NCBI GenBank assembly: GCA_950097015.1
Contig: CATNEN010000034.1
Coordinates: forward strand, 6,696,001 to 6,760,000
Direction of reading: 5' to 3'
DNA length: 64,000 bases
Origin: Macrostomum hystrix
Lineage: Eukaryota; Animalia; Platyhelminthes
The position numbers and the translations under genes were made by a program. The notes below the pieces were generated by a model. That model searched no databases. It was not told the DNA's origin and saw only the letters and a program-made list of their open reading frames with translations. This document shows, piece by piece, positions 1 to 12,419 of the stretch (its first letter is position 1; every line of letters begins with the position of its first letter).

Positions 1-246
1 ACAGATCTGAAGGACACTAGCTACGAAGAGAAGGTGCGCATCGGCAAGTCCTACCACAAGGACATCATCGGTCGCAAGGGCCAGACGATTGCTCGTATCC
101 GCGAAGACACCAACACTCGCATTATTATGCCGGACTCCAGCTCGCAGTCGGACGTTATTACCGTTGTTGGCAGGCAGAAGGATGTGCAAAAGGCTGTTCG
201 TCAAATTAACGACATCGAGAAAGTGGCCGCTAATATCGTGGAAGAG
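1..246 (+). CDS. HDLBP: Vigilin exon, 5'-partial (KH domain)
   Basis: Frame 1 reads DLKDTSYEEKVRIGKSYHKDIIGRKGQTIARIREDTNTRI, a KH GxxG motif. Donor GAG|GTAAGA at 246/247. Confidence 0.9.
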
Positions 247-311
247 GTAAGAAGGCTCTGTTTTGAACTACACTGCCAAAAACTTTCTCGAAGAATCGGA
301 GAGAAACTGAT

Positions 312-543
312 GACAGACTGGAGAGTAACTGGTCATAGACTGGAGAGTAGCTGCTCATAGACTGGAGAGTAACTGCTCATAGACTGGAGATTAACTGCTC
401 ATAGACTGGAGAGTAACTGCTCATAGACTGGAGATTAACTGCTCGTAGACTGGAGAGTAACTGCTCATAGACTGGAGAGTAACTGCTCATAGACTGGAGA
501 GTAATTGCTTATAGACTGGAGAGAAACTGATGGTAGACTGGAG
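312..543. repeat. 22-bp intronic tandem repeat (catagactggagagtaactgct)
   Basis: About 9-10 copies inside the vigilin intron 247-692. Confidence 0.9.
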
Positions 544-692
544 AGTATCAGATGGCAGGCTTGACAGACTAGTGATTATCGGATAACAGACAATAGGGAG
601 GCTGGATGAAGGCTGGAAGGTGACGTATGACAAACAGGTTAATGATTGTATCTTATTAAATATCCATCTCTCCAACCATTCAACAATGTCAG

Positions 693-1112
693 GTCGTGGA
701 GATCCCAGCCCGCCTGCACCAGGGTCTGATTGGCCACGGCGGCAAGCTGATTCGCCAGCTGCAGGATCAGCACAGCGGCGTTCGCGTCCACTTCCCGCCC
801 GCTGCTCAGCCGTCTGACCGCGTCACCGTGCGCGGACCCAAGACCGAAGTCAAGAAGGCGGTGATCGCCCTGCGGCAGCTGGCCGAGGAGCGCCTGGAGG
901 ACAGTCAGGAGGCCGTTGTGCAGGCGAAGCCGGAGTTTCACCCGTTCCTCATTGGCCGGCAGGGCCAGAATGCTGAACAGTTGCGCAAGGCTACGGGCGC
1001 CCGGCTAGTCTTCCCCAGTCTGGAGGAGCGCGACAAGGAGGGCGGCGATGTCATCACAATCATCGGACGCAAGGAGGCTGTAGCTAAGGCCAAGGAAATG
1101 CTCGAGAAGCAG
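693..1112 (+). CDS. HDLBP: Vigilin exon (two KH domains)
   Basis: Acceptor tcAG at 691-692, phase 0. Encodes LIGHGGKLIR and FLIGRQGQN. Donor CAG|GTTAGT at 1112/1113. Confidence 0.92.
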
Positions 1113-1193
1113 GTTAGTAACTATCTACATTTCCTATTAGGAATTTTTTTAATGTTTATTGAATACTTTCTAAACTTGTCATCCATTCTGCAG

Positions 1194-2259
1194 GTTAAAG
1201 ATCTGGAAAACACAACCGAAGAGTCCGTCGAAGTTGATCCGCGCTGGCACAAGGCCTTCCTTGAGCGACGCGGCTTCTATATCACCCAGATTAGTCAGGA
1301 CTTTGGCGGCGTTCAGCTCAGCTTTCCGCGCGAGCCAGGCAGCTCTCGTGTTGTTGTCAAAGGCCCTAAAGACTGTGTCCAGGGTGCCATCGCGCGCATC
1401 CGCGAAATCGTCGACGACCTAGCCGCCCGGGTCACGATCGAGGTGTCCATCTCGGCCAAGCATCACCGCAGTGTTATTGGCCGCTCCGGCGACAACGTGC
1501 GCGACATCTGCGACCAGTTCGACGTTAGCATCAAATTTCCAGAGTACAATAGGCCTGGACCACAGCAGCAACAGCAGCAGGCGGGCGCCGAACCTACGGT
1601 CAACGGAGGCAGTGCTGTGGATAGCGCCGTAGCCAACGGCTCGGAAACCAGCAGCAACGCGGAGGCCGGAGACGCTGCATCGTCCAAGGCGGATGTGGTA
1701 TCGATCAGCGGCCGGCAGGAGCAGTGCGAAAAGGCGCGCCAGGCCCTGCTAGATCTAGTGCCAATCGAAGAGCAGCTGGACTTCCCGTCCGAGTTCCATG
1801 GCCAGCTGATTGGTCGCAACGGTGAAGGCATTCGACGGCTGACCAGCGAGCTAAACGTTGCCATCTCCATCCCGAGCAAGACTGAGCACATTTTGCTCAA
1901 CGGCACTCCTAAGCGCGTTGAGGCCGCCAAGACCCGACTGCTGGAGCGCCTGAAGGAGCTGGAAGCCGAGAAGGCCGACTTAGAGGCCCGCAGCTTTGAA
2001 GTCAAGCTTGACGTTCCGGCCCAGTACCATCGCGAGATCATCGGGCCGAAGGGCGCCAACATTCGCGCCCTGCAGCAGAAGTACGAGGTGCGCGTCAACA
2101 TACCAAATCCGGACAAGAATTCCAACGAAATAGTTGTCATCGGCTATCAGGACAAGGCTGAGGCCGCCGCCAAAGAGCTGATGGCTATTAAGAACAAGCT
2201 GGAGAATCAGGTGTCCGCCGAGCTGTTTATCACCCACCAGGTGCACCCGATGATCATTG
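1194..2259 (+). CDS. HDLBP: Vigilin exon (several tandem KH domains)
   Basis: Acceptor ctgcAG at 1193. KH motifs VIGRSGDNVR, LIGRNGEGIR, IIGPKGANIR. Donor ATTG|GTAAGT, phase 1. Confidence 0.93.
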
Positions 2260-2617
2260 GTAAGTGCTTTGTTTATGCCTGCTATAATCGTAGTATTACG
2301 TTTTTAAGCTTCGATGTTTAACAGTGACGCACTTACGGGATCTGTGAATCTATATTTAGGACTTACTCCCCGATCCCTAAGTAGCTCTATGCGCGGGATT
2401 TAATCCCTTAGTTGAAGATCTCTTTAAGAGACGACCACAACCACGGGACTGCAACCCCTCTCGTAATACCGTCCGTCTATTGTCACGCCTACGCTGGGAT
2501 TATACTCATTTCTCTAGCTCCTCTTGGCTAGGATTATCATATATTTGAGTAGTCCAGTGTCTAACATCTAGAATTCAAATCGAACACTGGCGTCATGCCT
2601 CCCATAAATTCACACAG

Positions 2618-2891
2618 GCCAGCGCGGCAAGAATCTTCGTGCCCTGATGGACAAATTCGAGGTCACCATTGACATGCCCGGTCGCAACGCCCCGCCGGAT
2701 GCTCAGAACACTGTTGTAGTGCGCGGCGCCCAGGTCGATGTTGACAACGCCTGCGACCACCTGCTAGACATCGCTGGCGAGGTCATCGATCGCATGATCG
2801 AGCGCGGCGAGCTGGATCCGCGCTCTCTGCGCCCGGACGCCAGCTTCGGTAACGAGCAAGCCGCTGAGCAGCAGCCGGCCCAGGGACAGCC

Positions 2892-2923
<32 letters not shown>

Positions 2924-3114
2924 CGTCCCAGAAGCACGGCAATAAGAAGCAGCAGGGCGCCAGCGGCCCAGGATTTGTTGTTCGCGACGCTCCTTGGGAT
3001 CAGCAGCAGCTGGCCTCCAGCGAGCACTTCCCGTCTATTGGCGGGGCTGCCCCAGCGCCAGCCGCTAGCGGCAACGGCTCGGCTAAGCCGTCCGCCTGGT
3101 CCAGGGCCAAGTGA
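2618..3114 (+). CDS. HDLBP: Vigilin last exon
   Basis: Acceptor cacacAG. Phase-1 join completes IIG-QRGKNLRALMDKFEVTI. Vigilin-like tail GFVVRDAPW...EHFPSIG. Stop TGA ends at 3114. Confidence 0.92.
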
Positions 3115-6100
3115 TGCAACCTCCGCATCCACCAACCCGCAGTCTTGGAGGCGAGGGGTCGGAATGCCTATGAGAATCAAGATTGATTGACTACTCGTGA
3201 TTGAACCTTCAGCACTAGCAACACTTAAAACTATATGATGGTTTAAACTTCTACATAATTCTTTTTTCTCTTCTGATTTGCTACTGGTGGTGGTACAACA
3301 TTTTTTGCGCAATTTGACACACCATCAACAAAGCAGAAAGAAAAGACACAAAGACTCGACCATTATATCTGACACCGCAGTGATATATTATTACTAATTA
3401 AACCTGGCATTGTTCCCTTCTTGTGTTTTGTTCGCGATCCCAGAGACTTTCTAGATCATTATTTCGCTCATTTTCATTTTAGTAGCAATGCTCTCTTTCT
3501 CTCTAAAATAGAGTGTCTCTACTAGCGGACTGGCGTTGCATCTTTATTAAAACATGTATCAACTTGTTAGTCAGTTATTAGTCGATTGTACGCACCGCCA
3601 CACAATAGCATTGTGTGCCACCGTGCACAACTAACTAAACCCCCCACGACCGTCAACCCTCTGGCCACGTGGCTTTGTGATAACTGGACAGCTAGCGATA
3701 TTCGAAACCGCCCTGCCACCCCCCTTGCTATTATGGAATAGAGCTTGCGAGCCCGTGCTAGCGTGTGTTGCAAGTGTCTATTTCGCTAACAGTTCGCACA
3801 ATGACTATAGCAAATTTTTGCTATATCGCACGAGTGCCACACACTGACAGAGAGAGAGGGAGGGAGGGAGGAAAGAGACAGAAGTGAACCCTTCTGACTG
3901 AAGCGCGCGCACTGCCATGCAGATTGCGTGTACACTGGGCCACCCGACTGCTGCTGGGGCATTGCTGCAGACCAGTATTACATTGCTAAACATTAGTTAA
4001 GGAATGCTTTCCAAGTCCCACACTCTCCCTTGTAACGTTTTAGACACGGAAAATATCATATGACGATTTCCTGTTATCTAAACGGTAGTCATAGGCCTGT
4101 GTAGGGAAATAGAAGCTGTACTTTTTTGCCACATTATCATCTCCAAAATTCTCCTATTGTGTTGCCCTCGACACTGTCTTAGCTACCGTGATCAAAACAG
4201 AGGCGGTTGCGCACTCCGCGGCCTTGAAGATGACTGTCACGTTGGCCCGCGCTCCTCTCTTAACTCCCACACCACCTGGTAGGCTCCATCCCTCTGTCTC
4301 TTTGTCTCCCCATCCTGCTCATGAGGAGACAGACTATTTGGGGGCTGCACTGACAATCAGAATGGTAGGAAAGAACAGACGCTTCTCATTGTTCTAAGCT
4401 AGCGACCACCATAGGCGGCGTACATCCGCTCAGCCTCTCCATTCCCCGCTCGCTAGCCTTGTGTGAATTTGCAAGAGAGAGAGAGAACTGTGAGACCCGT
4501 AAAATTCGCATTCTATTCTCGTGCAGTCTTAACACTTTTAGGGAAGGAAAACTGATAAAAACAATAGAGGGAGGGGATAGAGTTTCTGTTTGATAGCATT
4601 GGAGCAGTGCATCTGGCCGCCCGGATCTCTCTTTCCCACTTCCCAGTTTGCATGGGGTGGTTGGACTCGCATTGTAGTCAGCATTATTGCCTAGCTGAGG
4701 GTGGGCAAGACCTAGCTTTAATAGCCCTGCCTGTGTTTAACGCTTTAAGAATGACTTCCATTATAATATGCTATGCTAGGAAAAGCTTGTTTTATTGTCT
4801 CAAACTTTAATAGCCCGCACACTGGCTACTTTCTTTGAGCTGTTCATGAGAACTACCTAGAAACACGCTGCCCAGTGTTGCTCAGGACTAATTCAAGTCA
4901 AGTAAAGCCTCTGGTCCGGACGGATATTGCGTCCAGCTTGACTTGTTTCATTTCTTAAAAAATATACATATCGGAAGGATCAATGCATAGGTGTAGCGGC
5001 CATTGTGTAATATTCCAGTCCCGGTGGGCAAGAAATGCCATTTGTTTGGGGGGCAACAGCTGTACAGTGGCGAGCCGTTTGCTATCGATTCGAGCTGCCT
5101 TTCTCCCGCTTCTTGTCCTCCAAAATGCGATTGTGTCTGACAACACACTGTGAGACTCAAGGCGAGAGAAATACAGTTAAGCACAACTTAGCAAGCATTC
5201 CCCTCCGATTTCTCTTATTGTATTATTTGTCCGTTTCAGTGCGCGCCTGAATAGTTTTAGTTCCTTAGCACTAGCCGGCCCTTCTCTAACTTGTGTTCTA
5301 TAGTCTAACGCTGCCATTGCCAACACAACAATCCCCCACCCGCCGCCTAGAAAAGTCATAAGCGAAGCAGTTTCTTATCTGCTGGCTGTGCGACACTTGG
5401 GGTTTGGATCTAGCGACTAGCTTGCTTCTCATGCGAGTCGCAATGCGGACGCGACTCCGAGACACTTCCATTTTCTCTCTCTCTCTCTCTCTCTTCCACT
5501 CTCAAGTGGACCGATTGAGGTTGCGTTGTTGCTTCAGTGGACGGTGAAAAATCTAGCCTTGCACCCTGTGGAGGTGGGGTGGGCGCGCCAGTTGCATTTT
5601 ACTCCCCACAGGCAAACCTCCACTGCTTCCTCTTTCTCCGCCGTGTGCAAACCTGCGATAGCCCAGAATAGGCCAGAAACTTTTGCTGACTAGATTTTCT
5701 GCTGCTGCTGCCGCTGCTTACAGTTCTGCAACGGCTGTGCCTTGCCAAAACTGCTGGCCCTTGGGGTTTGACTTGGTTGGCTAAGGATAAGGAGGGTCGG
5801 GTTTTTTTAACAGATCAGCACAAATTTTTACGGGGGCTGCGCGCGAAACTTTTCAAGATTTCTAATCATTTCAAGGCTTGTTTTAATATTGTTAAACTTT
5901 CTGCTGACCCGCCTGGCTATTTATGTCTGATTAGGCTGCCAGAAGGATAAAAGCAGGAAATATGGTGGCCATTCAGGTGTGACGATGCTAAGTCATGGCT
6001 TAATGCCCATTTATAAGCGCGTCAGTCTGTAGACTAAAACCGCTATCTCGGTTCTTCTGCATGCACATACATAATTTACATGCGTGCCCCAGTCTGAAAC

Positions 6101-9100
6101 CTACTTAGAGTGCCTTCTGTCATTAAAATCTGTTTTAAACTTAACTCAATACCAAAGTTAATTTTTCTTCTTATTTGTCTCTCTCGCACTTTGTCTCGAT
6201 TACGTATGATTGCTCAAACTGTGCCCTTGTCTGTTCTACTCAATTTGCTTGACTTTCAAATCCCTTAGATCCTTTCTAGCCTTCTGAACTGTTTTTGTTT
6301 TAGTTAACACAGATCATTATTGTCAAAAATTTTGAACTTTTCTGCAAATGTTTCTCATTGCTGCTCTTTGCCATACCATTTCTAACTGACCTCTAGTTTA
6401 GCTTGGAATCAAAATTTCGTCTTTTTTTATTCAGTTTCTTGTTTTGTTTTTTTCCGGCATCGTTTGCCACATTTAGCTTCTTGCTGGTCGCATTGTGAGA
6501 GTTCTAGAGAGGACTCACTATTTAAATCTGTTAGTTACAGTAGCTCTTTCATTATGTGGTTTTGTTGTTATTTTGGTGTTAAATTTCCATTTCCTTCCTT
6601 AGACCAGTTCTGTTGAGTTCAGTTTTCAAGCAAAAAAGATCAGGAGCAATTTCTTTCCCTGTTCTTGAGCTGCTTTTTTAGTGTTGTCATATATTTATTT
6701 CTTCCTTCACAATTCTTCTTTGGATCTTGTCACTTGTCTCCAATCTGTGTTCATTGTGCCTCATTATTATGCTATTAGTTCTTGTTCGACTACTAAAATA
6801 CAATCCTATTAGAAAAGCAATATGCTATGTTTTAGTAATCCCTACTTTAATGTTAACTACAAGTGTGCGAAACAACCAGTCGTTGGCCTGTTATACATGT
6901 GTGTGTTTGTCTACCACAACAATCTACCACAAAAAGCACATTGGTTTGCACGTCTCGTGTCGGCATATCACAAGTTTGCATTTTTCCAACAATAAATCTA
7001 TAATCTAGTTGCTTGACACTTTTTGAATCAGTAGTTTAGCTGCTTTTAGTGAGGTTTGGATTCTGCCTGGTGACAACCTTTGTTAAAATGTAGTCTAGTG
7101 CGCGTGAAGTATTTTCTGGGGCTGTTATTTATTTTTGTTTCACAAACTTTTGTGTGACCAGAGCCCTTTCCCTTTTAATGACAATTTCTTGACATTTCTT
7201 TCACTCTATTATGCGACCAAACGCTATCGTTACGCTTTTGTTTCCTAGATTTCGCTAGCTTAACTCGGGTAACTTGTGTCTCTTATTTCTGCTTCATCGC
7301 TTCTGCTGTTAACCCCTATCCACGTGTCCAGCCACTCGCCTATATTATAATCTGCAATGCGTCTGATTAAAGACACTACCGGGCGCTGCTGTTGTGAAAC
7401 TAAAATCAAACAGCAAAACCAATAAATACACGCGGTGATCAACGCTGAAGTATAATCGTTTGATAATGGTGCTGATTAAAAATTATTAGCGTTTCTAAGT
7501 CAGTCTTATTTTTTCGATTTTTCTACCTCAATAGCAGCATACTTCTGTAGATAAACGTGAGTCACAGCCTCAATATACAAAAGCGTAACTACCTCAGTGT
7601 AATTTACTTTAGTAGTATTTACTTTTCGAAGTTATTAATTGTCTCTAACCTGTCTATCACTTACTCTCCCCTTTGTTACGATGGCCTGACTACTAGGTCA
7701 GTGCTTTAGATCAAGAAAAAACGAAATTAAGCTGCGTGTTTGGTTCACAGCAGATCATAAGTCGTTGATGACGCCAAGTTATCTACTTACAGTAACAATG
7801 CCGGCCTCGTGTAAAAAATGCTTCAGTTGCAACTAATTTTGGGATTGGCTCCTGCAATTGGCTATTTTGTTATTAATATTTGTGTGAATGCAGAATTTTT
7901 AAAATAAAATCATTGCCTGACATATAAAATAGTGAAGCCGCTTCTGATTGAAGCTGCGGCTTATCGAACTATATAGGGCCCTATAAAAGAGGCGTTACTA
8001 AGTTAACGGGATTAGGGAAAATATTAGTTTTAATACGACACTAAACTTTCGCTCTCACGTGGTCTTTTTTAAATCTGCCATGTCATTGTGTCTTTTATAT
8101 ATATTTAATATTTATTGTTTAATAAATTTATATTTTCGTTCTTTGAACAAAAAAGTTTTTACTTCACTTTTGCTTAAATGTTTGAAAAAAACTAATTTTC
8201 TTTAAAAAGTTAGAAACTTGAACTTGTTCTCTCTAGTTTCTTTTTAAGCTACTTGCTTATCTTGTAAGTTTTTTAGAGAAAAAAATAACCTTTTTTGTTT
8301 CTTTAGATCAGCTTCATATTTACAAGCTATATTTATTTCAAGCTAGTAGACATTAGTTACATGCCACCATACTAGATATATTTTATTGAACAGCTTTTCT
8401 GTTAGACCTTTGTTGTTATAGGCCTGGGTATAATTTTTGTTTCTTACATTTATTGATAAGCCTAACGAATTTCCTAGGACGTCAATCTTATTTGCTTCTA
8501 GTTAAGGGTTAAATATTTTTACTCTTTACTATATTCCATATTTTACTTTTACAATACTAAAATGTATTATATATTCAAACATTTTGTAGTTGCTAAAGAC
8601 CACACTAGCAGTAAAATTCAAGCAAAGCTAAATAATTTTTATTGAAATGTAGAATATTTATAGCTATTATGGCTACAAGCAGGGGTGTTTGTACTTATTG
8701 AAATTGTGCTTATTCATCTAGAACTTTTTTGCATAGTGCATTTCTGAGAACAAATTTTAGGACATAAACTTATTGTTGGCTTTATCTTTGCTACCTATAG
8801 CTAATCTTATTGCTAATCAAATCTTAGACATCTTACTTATAAGTATAAATACTAGACATCTCCCTATAGGATATAGTTCAACTTTTTATAAAGCAAGTCT
8901 TGGGAAATTATAGTTTATTAGTAACTTAAAATGTTTGTGATTACTATTTCAGTGTTTAGCTAGTTTCTAGAATCATTTACAGCAACAAAAACAACAAAAG
9001 ACTGCTCCCACAAGCTATGCAGAGACCAGAAAAGTCAGAGAGCCTATCTCTAGGCTAATGACCTCAAAAAGTCACACCTGACAGCTTGGTCTGGGGTGCT

Positions 9101-9655
9101 AGTATCACACAGAAGCCAGTCAGAAAATCTTGCTGTTTTCCCTTGGCCTCCATTTTGTGGTCACTGCAGCTTTAGTAGCAGCATGTCCTATTGTGGCTCA
9201 GGACAGCAGGCATCCAACTAGATAACATGGCCAGCCAATCAAAGTCACTACCAGACAGTAGGTCAGTAAGCTGAATCAGGTGCACCCTTGAATAGAGCAC
9301 AGTGTTGGTCTCACTGCCTGTGCTGCTATGCTCCACAAATGTTACATGTAGCATGGCCACATGTGCAACATACATAGCATCCAGCAGCAGCATGTTTGAG
9401 CAGCTTATAGGACATGAGCAAGATCCCCCTGTGCTCCTGCTTCTATGTCATATCTGGCTTCTTTTGGAATTGCAATATGTGCTGTTTCCACTTGTGGGGT
9501 GTGGCACCTCTAGAAATGACAAAAGAGTAATTTAATAAGAGTCTAAATTTAGCAGAATGGGCATAATTTTCACTTACTAGCTGCATTTAATGCTAGTTTA
9601 GTAATGTTTTTCACTTTTTGTTTGAAACCATCTTGGAACTTATTGTGGTATATCA

Positions 9656-10065
9656 GGGGGTGAGTGGCTAAGTGGTCTAACATGTTTGCTTTTTGCACAA
9701 AGGTACTTAGCTCGATTCTGCAGCAAGGCCACATTAATTTGGGTTGCAGCTATAAAGAGAAGACTTAGGGGCTTGTCATGCAATTTAGACCCATGAGGGC
9801 CAAACCTCCAAGGCACAGTGAAAGTGTGCACTGCCTGACAATGAGAAACTCAGGGCAGATGTACACACCTGTCACTGCTGTTTTGAGTGTGCCTGTGTAT
9901 AGTATCTGTGTGCATGTGTGGCTGTGCTCAGGAGTCGGAAAAATGGGCAGAATTTCCTCCTTGCTGGCTGTAGGTCTAGTATCACCAAATGATGTGCTGT
10001 TGCCTCAGCCCTCCTGCTATTATTATTATTATTATTATATTTTATTATTATTATTATTATTATTT
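9656..10065 (+). mobile_element. tRNA-derived SINE family 1, CpG-eroded copy with (ATT)n tail
   Basis: Collinear with 32956-33290: head with A/B-box-like motifs, body aggcacagtg...cagggcagatgtacacac...ctcaggagtc, tail agccctcctgc(tat)n. Confidence 0.85.
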
Positions 10066-10145
10066 TTGTCTGTGTTTAATCAAGCTTTTTTGTATATAAT
10101 TTTTGTATATAAAAGATATATTTCTATAAAAGAACATCAACATAG

Positions 10146-11000
10146 CCAGCTCAGTATCCACAGCCCCCACTATCACCAAATGATGTGCCAGTATTCACAG
10201 CCCCCACTATCACCAAATGATGTGCCAGTATCCACAGCCCCCACTATCACCAAATGATGTGCCAGTATTCACAGCCCCCACTATCACCAAATGTTGTGCC
10301 AGTATCCACAGCCCCCACTATCACCAAATGATGTGCCAGTATCCACAGCCCCCACTATCACCAAATGATGTGCCAGTATCCACAGCCCCCACTATCACCA
10401 AATGATGTGCCAGTATTCACAGCCCCCACTATCACCAAATGATGTGCCAGTATCCACAGCCCCCACTATCACCAAATGATGTGCCAGTATTCACAGCCCC
10501 CACTATCACCAAATGTTGTGCCAGTATCCACAGCCCCCACTATCACCAAATGATGTGCCAGTATCCACAGCCCCCACTATCACCAAATGATGTGCCAGTA
10601 TTCACAGCCCCCACTATCACCAAATGATGTGCCAGTATTCACAGCCCCCACTATCACCAAATGATGTGCCAGTATCCACACCAATGATGTGCCAGTATCC
10701 ACAGCCCCCACTATCACCAAATGATGTGCCAGTATCCACAGCCCCCACTATCACCAAATGATGTGCCAGTATCCACAGCCCCCACTATCACCAAATGATG
10801 TGCCAGTATCCACAGCCCCCACTATCACCAAATGATGTGCCAGTATCCACAGCCCCCACTATCACCAAATGATGTGCCAGTATCCACAGCCCCCACTATC
10901 ACCAAATGATGTGCCAGTATCCACAGCCCCCACTATCACCAAATGATGTGCCAGTATCCACAGCCCCCACTATCACCAAATGATGTTCCAGTATCCACAG
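10146..11000. repeat. 37-bp tandem repeat (ccagtatccacagcccccactatcaccaaatgatgtg)
   Basis: About 23 near-identical copies upstream of the G-gamma CDS. Confidence 0.95.
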
Positions 11001-11149
11001 CCCTGCTGCAAATAAATTTTATAAGTGAAAATATTATTTCTGTAAAAAATACTACAAACTTTAGTAGATTTTCTTTCGCACTGAGCAGTTTGCATCCTGT
11101 AACTAAGCTTGCCTGGCAACCAATTGCAGCCCCTGTACCAGGCCAATCA

Positions 11150-11356
11150 ATGTCTCAATACCGCGAAGAGCATATTGCTCGGCTGCGGCGTGAGCTCGCC
11201 GATCTGAAACGGGACTACAATCGGCAGCGCGCTAAAGCCTCCGTCACCATACCGGAGATTGTGCAGTACATTGTCAGCCATTCGCAGGAGGACGCCCTAG
11301 TTAATCCCACTAAGGATAATCCATTTCATCCGCGCAAGTCTTGCCAGCTGCTCTAG
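11150..11356 (+). CDS. GNG: Heterotrimeric G-protein gamma subunit (68 aa)
   Basis: MSQYREEHIARLRRELADLKRDYNRQRAKASVTIPEIVQYIVSHSQEDALVNPTKDNPFHPRKSCQLL has a GGL-type pattern (D-x-L, NPF) and a C-terminal CaaX (CQLL). The ATG follows candidate acceptors ttgcAG / taccAG. Confidence 0.9.
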   Translation: MSQYREEHIARLRRELADLKRDYNRQRAKASVTIPEIVQYIVSHSQEDALVNPTKDNPFHPRKSCQLL

Positions 11357-11503
11357 CTGCAATGTCTGCTGTTTTAGCGATCTTGACACATTCTAAATGT
11401 ATTTATTGTGCTTGAAATCCCTGTTAACAGTATGCCAAGCCATTTTGTTTCCCATTTTTATACCAAAGGGGAATTCTAGAAAAAAATTGGCAGCGCCAGA
11501 ATT

Positions 11504-11791
11504 GGTTGGTGACTGATTGGTTGATAGACTAGGCGAGGGTGTCCTGTGGTTGACCTGCGCCTAATATTTAGGCTTATGCAGTGAAATTAGAGAAATTCGT
11601 GTCAGGATGTCCATAGTTGCATGGTTCCACCTGTTATAGCCCTTGAAAATCCAGCAGTCCGTCTAGATATAGGTAGGTGACCATCGAAGACGGAGATGAT
11701 GCAGGCACATGCTGATAAATTTTGAAGGCCTGGCAAGGCCGCACTGAGACGCAGTGCTAATTCGTGTATATTGGTGTATGAAATACACTAG
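11504..11791 (+). mobile_element. Unclassified dispersed repeat (family 3), apparently intact copy
   Basis: 11504-11665 aligns to 39405-39549 (+), and 11643-11791 aligns to 39316-39157 (-). Several conserved hairpins. Confidence 0.75.
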
Positions 11792-12419
11792 CCGCTTATG
11801 GGAAAAATCCGACCTTTGGCCAGAACCATTGAATATCTCGACGGTCTGAAGAACTGGCGACTTGATTGTTGTTTCAGATTGATGCACAGCAAAAAGTTGG
11901 TCCGTGTTCTTGAGGTTTCGTGTGCTTGTGTTGTTCCGTTCGGGTGCAGCACAAAAAATTGTCAGGGGGATTCCACCAATGGTAGTTCTACTGTTTGTTT
12001 GATTTCCCTATATAATAATTGCTGATTTTTGGTTTAAATCTGGCTGTTCTCTTTTCATATTTAAATCTTCAGTATTTTTGTTTTACACTGACTCTACCAA
12101 GCTAGCTAGCTTACATCAGTTTTTTTGTACTCAGAGAGCAATCAATTAATAAATCTAATTATTAAGTTGTGCTTTTCATTAGCTCACACACAGGCTTTGC
12201 TCAGTATTTTAACCAGACTTTGCTGTGCAATTTTATCATTATTTGCTGTCCAGATAGGTGCTGCAATGATTCACGCTTTTTGCTACAACCATAACATAAA
12301 AGGTGTGCGATTCTGTCTTGTGATTTTTTGTTGTGTTGCTACCAATATAAATCATTCTAATTTACATCAAATTTAATAGTTTTTCAATTTATATCCATTA
12401 TATCAATTTTTGGTATCCA

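Noticed and set aside
639-3312. Minus-strand ORFs over vigilin
   Set aside because: They are antisense shadows of GC-rich coding exons.
10943-11149. N-terminal extension of G-gamma in the ORF track
   Set aside because: It derives from the array and AT-rich intron-like sequence. The real start is most likely the ATG at 11150.
11727-11770. Hairpin followed by GCTAA as an HDV-like J4/2
   Set aside because: Required P1, P2 and P3 pairings could not be built.
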